Assembly (NCBI GenBank): GCA_963818545.1
Contig: CAWFSI010000005.1
Coordinates: 2,611 to 66,610, forward strand
DNA length: 64,000 nt
From: an uncultured Solirubrobacterales bacterium
GTDB lineage: Bacteria > Actinomycetota > Thermoleophilia > Solirubrobacterales > Solirubrobacteraceae
Direction of reading: 5' to 3'
Shown here: piece after piece, positions 55,643 to 64,000 of the stretch
Layout of the letters: each line of letters begins with the position of its first letter
Position numbering within the stretch: the stretch's first letter is position 1
Position numbers and translations under genes: made by a program
Notes under the pieces: generated by a model
Told to the model about the DNA's origin: nothing
Databases searched by the model: none
What the model saw: the letters and a program-made list of their open reading frames with translations, nothing else

Positions 55643-56516
55643 ATGTTCTCCCAGGAATTCATGCGCAACGCGTTGCTCGCCGGCACGTTCATCGCGCTGG
55701 CCTGCGGGGTGAGCGGCTGGTTCGTGGTGCTGCGCGGCCAGGTGTTCGCCGGCGACGCGCTCAGCCACGTCGCGTTCCCGGGCGCGCTGGCCGCCGCCGC
55801 CGCGGGGGTGGACGAGCGCGTCGGGCTGTTCGGGGCGACGATCGCGGTGGGCGCCGGGATCGGCCTGCTCGGGCAGCGCTCGTTCGCCGGCGGCCGCGGG
55901 ACGGTGGGGGCGGCGCCGGCCGACGACACGGCGATCGGCGCCGTGTTCACGTTCGTGCTCGGCCTGGGCGTGTTCTTCCTGACGCTGTTCAGCACGAGCT
56001 CCGGCGGCGGCTCGGGTATCCAGGCCGCACACACGCTGTTCGGCTCGATCTTCGGTCTCGGCTCAGGCGAAGCGCGCCTGGCCGCGGTGATCGGGCTCGC
56101 GGCGGTGCTGCTGACGCTCGCGATCGCCCGCCCGCTGCTGTTCGCCTCGGTCTCCCCCGACGTGGCCGGGGCGCGGGGCGTGCCGACGAGGCTGCTCGGC
56201 ATCGGCTTCGTCGTGCTGCTGGGGGTCGTCGCGGCCGAGGCGACCCAGGCGGTGGGAGCGCTGCTGCTGCTCGGTTTGCTCGCCGCCCCGGCGGCTGCCG
56301 CGCACAGGCTCGCGGGCAACCCGTACGTGGGGATCGCGCTCGCGAGGGCTGCTCGCGGTGGTGGCGATGTGGGGTGGTCTGGCGCTCGGCTACGCCGTGC
56401 CGGGGCTGCCGCCGAGCACGGCGATCGTGACGATCGCCGTCGGCATCTACTACGTCTCTACCCTTGTGGCATGAGCACTCCCCGTAGCATCTTGCGCATC
56501 CGAGGGAATCGCATGA
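55643..56516 (+). CDS. Metal ABC transporter permease 2, ZnuB-like (end approximate)
   Basis: FMRNALLAG, FAGDALSHVAFPG, LFGSIFG, RPLLFASV. Confidence 0.85.
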
Positions 56517-56963
56517 GTAGCCACGCCGCACCGACAGCTGGGTGGAGCGCGCCGAGGCGACGCTGGCCGCGGCCGGCCACAAGCGCGGCGGCGCGCGCCG
56601 CGCGGTGGTGGAGCTGCTCGACGGTCAGCAGTGCGCGCTGACGGCGGTCGAGATCGAGGACGCGCTGCGTCGGCAGGAGCAGCGCAGGGTGAGCCGCGCG
56701 AGCGTCTACAGGATCCTCGACGAGCTGGAGCGGCTGCGGCTCGTGCAGCGCGTGGAGACCGGCCAGGCGATGGTCAGATACGAGCGCGTGTGCGAGCACG
56801 AGGAGCACCACCACCATCTGGTGTGCGACGAGTGCGGGTGGTGATGCCCTTCTCCGACAAGGCGCTGGAGAGCGCGATCGAGACGCTCAGCGAGCGCGTC
56901 CCCCTGAAGGTGTCCGAGCACGAGATCGTTCTGCATGGGTCGTGTCAGGACTGCGCGGCGTGA
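56513..56963 (+). CDS. Fur/Zur-family metalloregulator (indels)
   Basis: SRASVYRIL, HHHHLVCDECG, HGSCQDC. Confidence 0.92.
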
Positions 56964-58900
56964 CGCTGTCCGGCGGCCGGCTCCACAGGTAGCTGAGCAC
57001 GCAGCCGAGCACACCGACGGCGACCACGAGCAGCACCGGGCCGGAGTCCTCGGAGAGCGCTCCGATCACGCCCGCGGTCAGACCGCCGGCGAGCGCGGCA
57101 AGCCAGGCGGGGTCGCAGTCGACGGGCGCGAGCAGGCGCCGGTGGTGGCGCACGCCGAGCGCGGAGAGCACCAGCGCGAGCGCGGTCGCGAACGGCATCG
57201 CGCCGTGCTTGAGCTCGTCGTAGGCGGCGGTGTAGCGGCGGACGATGATGTCGCGTATTTCGCCGGCCGAGTGGGCGTGCAGGACGCTGCCGGTGTAGTG
57301 GCCGGTGCCGTGCGCGGTGGTGAGGTCGAGCGCCGCGAGCGCCACCAGCCCCACGACCGGGCTGATCAGCACGATCAGCCCGCGACGGCGGGTGAGCCGG
57401 CCGGGCAGCAGCAGCACGGTGGCGACGGCCGTGCCGGCGCTCACGAGGATCACGCCGCCGACGCCCGCGCCGATCCGCGCCGAGCCCTCGATCACCGCGA
57501 GCACGATCCCGCACACGGCCATCGTCGTGGCCGCGCGGCGACCGCGCACCGCTGGATACAGCGCGGCGGCCACAGCGGCGAACACGAGCACGGCGAGGCC
57601 CGACTTGAGCTCGTTGCCGATCCCGTAGAAGCGCACGCCGAGCTCCGGGTTGGGTCCGAGCAGCGAGCGCACGAGCAGCTGCGTGCCGGCGAGCGCGTCG
57701 ACGGTGAGCGCCACGACCGCGACGACCGCGGGCGCGAGCGGCGCGCGCGGCCATGCCAGCAGCCGGTCGGCTGAGCGCGCCGAGGGCGAAGCAGATCAGC
57801 ACGAGCAGCGCGTATTCGACGCCGCGCCCGGGCGCGAACGCCGCCGGGACGAGCACCGCCACCGGCGTCCACAGCAGCGCCAGGCCCCCCACGCGCGCCG
57901 CCCATGCACGGGCTCTGCGGCGTCGCAGCGCAAGCGCGGCGAGCATCAGCAGCGCCCAGGCGCCGAACAGGCAGGCCAGCGCTCCCAGCCGGCGGCCGTA
58001 GATGACGCTGCAGGCGGGCTTTGAACGAGCGCAGGTAGGCGCCGTCGAAGGAGCCGTCCAGCTCGATCGGCTTGCCGCGCATCGCAGCGGGAACGGTCAG
58101 GCCGAGGTGGCGGAGGATCGTCGGCGCGAGATCGACCGCGGAGATCAGGCCGCGCTGGTTGGTGCTCTGCGAGGTGATCGTATGTCCTCCACCGAGCCCG
58201 CCGACGGCCACCCACAGCAGTTCGTTGCCGGGCGCATCGGGCGCGCGCTGCACGACGATCTCGAGCTCCTGCGCGCGCCGCGCCGCGCTCAGAGCGCGCA
58301 GCTCGCTCAATCCGCCAGCGCCGGCGGGTAGGTCGGCTACGACCAGCTGCTCGCGGGCGCTCACTGCGGCGATGCGCGCCGGCAGCGTGGCCGCCGACCC
58401 GAGCGAGAACGCCGCAATCTGGCCGTGTTGGTCGGCTGCCGCAACTCCGTCCACAGTCGCTTCCCCCGGCGATCCCCGCGTAGCCGGCGCCGCCGGGGAT
58501 CTGCGATGCGAGCAGCCCCGGTTCGAGGACCTGCGGCGCGTCGTGCGCGCGTTCGAGCACCGCCTGCCATTCCTCGACCACTGCGCCCGCGCCGCGCGGC
58601 TGCAGCGACAGGGCGGGCGGGCGCGCGGGGCTGTAGGCCGAGGTGGAGACACGCGAGCCTTGGGTGATGTCGAGCAGCAGCTGGGCGGTCGTGTAGGAGC
58701 CCTGCGCGGCGCTCATGATCCCCGTGGAAAGGGAGGGCACGCTCGCGAGCTGCTCGACTGGTCGCGTCGCGGGGACAGGAAGAGGACCACCGCAGAGGGG
58801 CGACGCGATCGGAGATCGGCCGGCGGCGGACGCATACCCGGCGGGCCAGATCAGCAGCAGCGCCGCGCAGGCCAGCGCGGCCGATGCCCCCCCGCGGAGT
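56945..58900 (-). CDS. Large hypothetical membrane protein: extracytoplasmic N-half, multi-TM C-half (indels; start approximate)
   Basis: DLAPTILRHLG (alkaline-phosphatase-like C-terminal pattern), GVRFYGIGNE, many TM segments. Confidence 0.65.
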
Positions 58901-58904
58901 CGGC

Positions 58905-61310
58905 TCAGCCGTCCGCTCCCTCGGTGGCCACCTCGCGCCGCGCGCGCCGCGAGCTGTGCGGTGGCATCCCTCGCTCGTGCGCTCCGGTGCTCGGAGATCG
59001 CGCCGCCCTCGATGTTCACGCGCGGCAGCACCCGGTCGAGCCAGGCGGGGATCTGCCACGTGCGCGCTCCGACGAGCGTGAGCACCGCGGGCAGCAGCAG
59101 GCAGCGGATCACCAGCGCGTCGAGGAACACGGCGCTGGCGAGGCTCAGCCCGAACTCCTTGATGATGCGGTCTTCGCCGAGCATGAACGACAGGAACACG
59201 CACACCATGATCGCGGCGGCCGCGGTGACGACCCGTCCGGTCAGCGCCAGGCCCTCCTGCACCGCGCGTTGATCGTCGCCGGTCTGCACCCAGCGCTCGT
59301 GCATGCGCGAGATCAGGAACACCTCGTAGTCCATCGACAGGCCGAACACGATCGCGAACAGCATCACCGGGATGAACGACTCGATCGGGCCCTGCTGGAC
59401 GCCGAACAGGCCGCCGAACCAGCCCCACTGGAAGATCGCCACGATCACGCCGAGCGAGGCGCCGATGCTGAGCAGGTTCATCACCGCGGCCTGCAGCGGG
59501 ATCACGAGCGAGCGGAACACGATCATCAGCAGCAGCGCGCTGAGCAGCACGACGACGCCGATGAACAGCGGCAGCTTGTGCCCGAGCGTGGTGGCGAAGT
59601 CGACGGCGCCGGCGGTCACGCCGCCGACGTAGACGGTCATGCCCGTGTGCGCCTGCAGCGGCGGGATCACGCTGTCGCGCAGGCGTTCTACGAGCTGGGT
59701 GGTCGCGTACGCCTGCGGCGAGGAGTGCGGGTAGACCGTGATCGTCGCGACGTTCGCCCGCTGGGTTGAGCTTGGCCGGGGCGACGGCCACGACGCCGGG
59801 CGTGGCGGCGATCGCCGCGCGGAGCTGTTCCGACGCGGAGCCTTGCCTTCACGCCGACGCTCGACGCCTGGGCAGCATGCCCTGTCGCGGCGGCTTGCTT
59901 GCGTCGGGCTCGGCGGCACCTTCGCCACGACCAGCAGCGGCCCGTTGAAGCCCTGGCCGAAGCCTTCCGCAAGCAGCTCGTAGGCGCGGTGGGTCGTCTG
60001 GCTCGCGGGGTCGTTCGAGGCGTCGCTGGAGCCGAGCCGCAGCGCGGTCGGCCGGCGCCGCGATCGCGAGCATCACCAGCGTCGAGACGATCGCGATGCT
60101 CCACGGTTTGCGCTGCACGAACTTGCTCCAGCGCAGCCACATGCCGCCCTCGACGATGCCCGTGCCGTGCGTCGGTCGTGGCGGCAGCGACCGGGAGCGG
60201 CTGGCTCGTGGCGATGCTCGCGGCGCTCTGTGCCGGCACCTGCGCCGACATGGCCATCTGTGCCTTGGCGGCGCGGCGTCGTGCCCGGCGGCTCGGCCGC
60301 GCGACGCGGGCGCCGAAGGTGGTGAGCAGCGCCGGCAGCAGCGTCAGCGATGCGAGCATCACCAGCAGCACGCCGATCGAGGCGGAGATCGCCACGCCGT
60401 AGAGGAAGCTGACGCCGAGCAGCATCATCCCGAGCAGCGCGATCACGACCGTGCAGCCCGCGAACAGCACGGCGCGCCCGGCGGTGTCGAGCGCCTGCAC
60501 GACGGACTCGCGGGGGTTCTCGAACGTCGGTCCGGGCGTGGCGTAGGCCTCGCGGAAGCGCGTGAGGATGAACAGCGCGTAGTCGATCCCGACGCCGAGC
60601 CCGATCATCGCGGCGAGCTCGGAGGAGAAGTTGGGCGTGTCGACGACGTGCGTGAACAGCGCAATCGCGCCGAGGCCCGTGCCGAGGCCGAACAGCGCCG
60701 TGACGATCGGCAGGCCCATCGCGACCACCGAGCCGAACGTCAGCAGCAGCACGACGATCGCCGCGAGCAGGCCGACGGCCGTGGACAGCCCGAAGCCCGC
60801 CTGCTCGGTCGCCTCGATCGCCTGCCCGCCGAGCTCCACCTGCAGGCCAGGCTGGCCCGCTGCGCGGGCAACCTTGACGACGCGTTCGGCGGCGCTTTTG
60901 GGCAGGAGGTTCGCTTTTTCGTCGAACACGACCGTCGCGAACGCGATCTGGCCGTCCGCGGAGATCGACTTGCCCGCGGCGGCGCCCGCGTACGGGCTGA
61001 TCACCGTCGTGACGTGCGGCAGCTTGTCGACTTCGGCGAACATCGCGCTCATCCGCGCCTTTACCGCCGGGTCGAGCACGGTCCCCGAGCTGACCTTGTA
61101 GACGATCGTGTCGCGGTCGCCCGCCTGCGCGGGGAAGCTCCGCTGCAGCAGGTCGGCGGCGCGCTGCGCGTCGGAGTTGGGCAGCGTGAAGTTGTTCGAG
61201 TAGCTGGTCCCCGCCGACTGCGCGATCACATTCACCCCGAACAGCAGCACGATCCAGCCGAGCAGCACGTACTTGCGATGGGTTGTCGACCAGCGGGCGA
61301 GCTTGAGCAC
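58905..61310 (-). CDS. MMPL/RND-family transporter (indels; end approximate)
   Basis: GLGVGIDYALF, TAGRAVLFAG, FGLSMDYEVFL, TGRVVTAAA. Confidence 0.92.
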
Positions 61311-61324
61311 TCATGTGATCCTAG

Positions 61325-61875
61325 TCAGTTGACGCTCGGGTCCGAAGGCATCCGCGCGATCAGCGCGTAGCTGCCGCCCATGCGCGTGAGCACGCTGCTC
61401 CACAGCTCCTCGGGAACCTCGGTGAAGACGTCGTCGGGCACGGCGCTGTGCGCGATCCAGTCGCCCTGGTCGAGCCTCGGCGTCGAGCTGACCCTCGCCC
61501 CAGCCCGCGTAGCCGGCGAACACGCGCCTGCGCGCGGTCGCCTCGGTCAGCTCGTCGATGCCGGCGTCCGGAGCGGGGAAGCCGATCCGGCCGAGCACCA
61601 GCAGCCCGGCCGGGGTGGGGTCCAGGAACTCGGCCAGGAACACGATCGAGCTCGGCTGCACCGGGCCGCCGACATACACCGGCTCCATGCTCGGCGACGG
61701 TCTGCTCCAGCTGCGGCACCGCCTCGCCCACCGTCACCTCCGAGGGGCGGTTCAGCACGACGCCCATCGCGCCCTCCTCGCTGTGCACGCCGATCAGCAC
61801 CACCGCGCGCCTGAAGTTGGGGTCCATCAGCGCCGGTGAGGCGAGCAGCAGCTGGCCGCAGAGCGATTGCACCAT
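61325..61875 (-). CDS. YqgE/AlgH-family protein (indels)
   Basis: DPNFRRAVVL, GVVLNRP, VGGPV, FAGYAGWGEGQL. Confidence 0.88.
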
Positions 61876-61973
61876 GATCTACTTCAGGCTACCGCTCGTA
61901 TACCCCTCAGCCAACAAGGAGCTGCTCGATCTGCTCGAAGGGTATGGCATGTAACATGGAAACGTGAGCGAAC

Positions 61974-62441
61974 ATGGCGAAGACCCCGCAGGTGGGCGAG
62001 CAGGCGCCCGATTTCGAGCTGCCCGGCACGGATGGTCCCTTCAAGCTCTCCGAGCACCGCGGCGAGCGCGTCGTGCTGCTGTTCTACCCAGGCGACAACA
62101 CGATGGTCTGCACGAAACAGTTCTGCTCCTACCGCGACCGGGCGGCAGACTTCGCCGGGCTTGACGCCACTGTCGTGGGCATCTCCTCGCAGGATCTCGC
62201 CTCGCACGAGGGCTTCATCGCCAAGCACGGCCTCAACGTCCCGCTGCTCTCAGACGTCGATCGGCAGGTCGCGATCAGCTACAGCGCGTTCTCTCCACGT
62301 CTCGGGATCAAGCGCGCGGTGATCGTGATCGACGAGGACGGGATCGTCCGTCACCGCCACGACCACCTGCTCGGGCTCGACTACCAGTCGGTCGACGAGC
62401 TCAAGGCGATGCTCGACGAGCTGCCCGCCGCCGCCGCGTAG
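61974..62441 (+). CDS. Peroxiredoxin, BCP/PrxQ-like
   Basis: APDFEL, FYPGDNTMVCTKQFC. Confidence 0.9.
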   Translation: MAKTPQVGEQAPDFELPGTDGPFKLSEHRGERVVLLFYPGDNTMVCTKQFCSYRDRAADFAGLDATVVGISSQDLASHEGFIAKHGLNVPLLSDVDRQVAISYSAFSPRLGIKRAVIVIDEDGIVRHRHDHLLGLDYQSVDELKAMLDELPAAAA

Positions 62442-62443
62442 TT

Positions 62444-64000
62444 TCAGCGGCTGAGCGGCGTGCCCAGATCCCGCTCGCCGTCGGGTCTACCCTCGCCGGC
62501 GCGACGCGCGTGCAGCTCTGAGAGCTCCAGCTGCAGGTTGCGCGGTCTTTCGCCCGGCCCCGGCGAGCGCCGATGCCAGATCCCCTCGCCGTCCAGCTCC
62601 CAAGAGCTCTGGTTGTCGGCGAACGCGCGTTCCAGCGTGTCGAGCAGCTCGGCGCGCAGTTCCGGGGTCTCGATCGGCGCCGCGAGCTCGACGCGGTGGT
62701 CGAGGTTGCGCGGCATCAGGTCGGCCGAGGAGATGTAGATCGTGTACTCGCCGTCGCGCTCGAAGGCGTACACGCGCGAGTGCTCCAGCAGCCGCCCGAC
62801 GATCGAGACGACGCGGATGTTCTCGGAGATCCCCTCGATGCCCGGCCGCAGGCAGCAGATCCCGCGCACGTTCAGATCGACTCGCACCCCCGCCTGCGAG
62901 GCCTTGTAGAGCGCGCGGATGCAGCGCCCGTCGACGAGCGCGTTCATCTTCATCGCGATCCGCCCCGGGGACTGCGGCGAATGTGCGGCGATCGTCCGAT
63001 CGATCTGGTCGATCAGGCCGTCGCGCAGCTGGTTGGGCGCGGTCAGCACCTTGCGGTAGTGCAGCGGGCGGCCGTAGCCGGTGAGGTAGTTGAACATGTC
63101 GGCGACGTCGGCGCCGATCTGCTCGTCGGTCGTGAACAGCCCGAAGTCGGTGTACAGCCGCGCGGTCGCGGAGTGGTAGTTGCCGGTGCCGATGTGCACG
63201 TAGTTGCGAACTCCGTCGCCCTCGCGGCGCACCACGAGCACGCACTTGGCGTGCGTCTTCAGCGATGGCTGGCCGTAGACCACGTGCACGCCGGCCTCCT
63301 CCATCGCCTTGGCCCAGTGGATGTTCATGCGCTCGTCAAAGCGCGCCTGCAGCTCGACCAGCGCGACCGCCTGCTTGCCGCGCTCGGTGGCGTCGATCAG
63401 CGCCGGCACGAGCGGCGAGTCGTCGCTCGTGCGGTACACGGTCTGCTTGATCGCGAGCACGTTCGGGTCGGCCACGGCCTGCTCGACGAAGCGCTCGACG
63501 GAGGTCGAGAACGAGTCGTAGGGGTGGTGCACGAGCACGTCGCCTTCGCGCATCGCGCCGAGCACGTCGGGCCGCTCGCCCTCGTGGCGCAGCAGCCGCG
63601 GGTGGGTGTGGCCCAGCAGCGGCTCCTCGCGCAGCTCGCCGTAGCCGGGCAGTTTGACGATCTGCCACAGCGCGCCCATGTCGAGCAGCCCGTCGACCGG
63701 GTAGACCTCGTCCTCCTGCACTCCCAGCAGCGCGGCCAGCTCATCGCGCAGGCGCTCTGAGCAGTCGGTGCCCACCTCGACGCGCACCACCTCGCCGAAG
63801 CGCCGGCGGCGCAGCTCGTCCTCGACCGCCTGCAAGCAGGTCGGCGGCGTCGTCGGAGACCTCCAGGTCGGCGTCGCGGGTGACGCGGAACGCGTCGTAG
63901 TCGGCGATCTCCATCCCGGGGAACAGCGAGTCGAGATGGCAGGCGATCACGTCCTCCAGCGCCAGCAGCGTGATCGTGCCCGGACCCGATCCCGCCGACC
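62444..64000 (-). CDS. ppk1: Polyphosphate kinase 1, 5'-truncated by window edge
   Basis: HHPYDSF, IKQTVYRT, KTHAK, GTGNY, SADLMPRNLDHRVE. Confidence 0.96.

Overview
High-GC bacterial chromosome segment. Gene content and protein style suggest Actinomycetota, probably Thermoleophilia/Solirubrobacterales (inference). Bases 1-33.2 kb hold the core transcription/translation superlocus: rpoB, rpoC, the str, S10, spc and alpha clusters, and truA. The rest carries surE, ligA, a DacB-type peptidase, patatin, an aminotransferase, an acyl-CoA ligase, tRNA-Pro(CGG), redox and c-di-GMP genes, typA, a Fur/Zur-linked metal ABC importer, an MMPL transporter and a partial ppk1. Single-base indels interrupt many essential genes, so the sequence is very likely an unpolished long-read assembly and many gene ends are approximate. 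The most notable signals are non-coding. (1) A structured dispersed repeat occurs three times, each at a ribosomal-protein stop codon; the rplB-rpsS copy carries a 40-codon mini-ORF that preserves ATGA translational coupling on both sides (MIRU-like). (2) A tandem array duplicates the secY 3' end. (3) The str operon is split by an MFS-MarR cassette, and fusA has its own promoter and a terminator-containing leader. (4) A structured leader precedes a DMT transporter. uL22, uS3, uS17, uS5 and RNAP beta also carry long low-complexity extensions.
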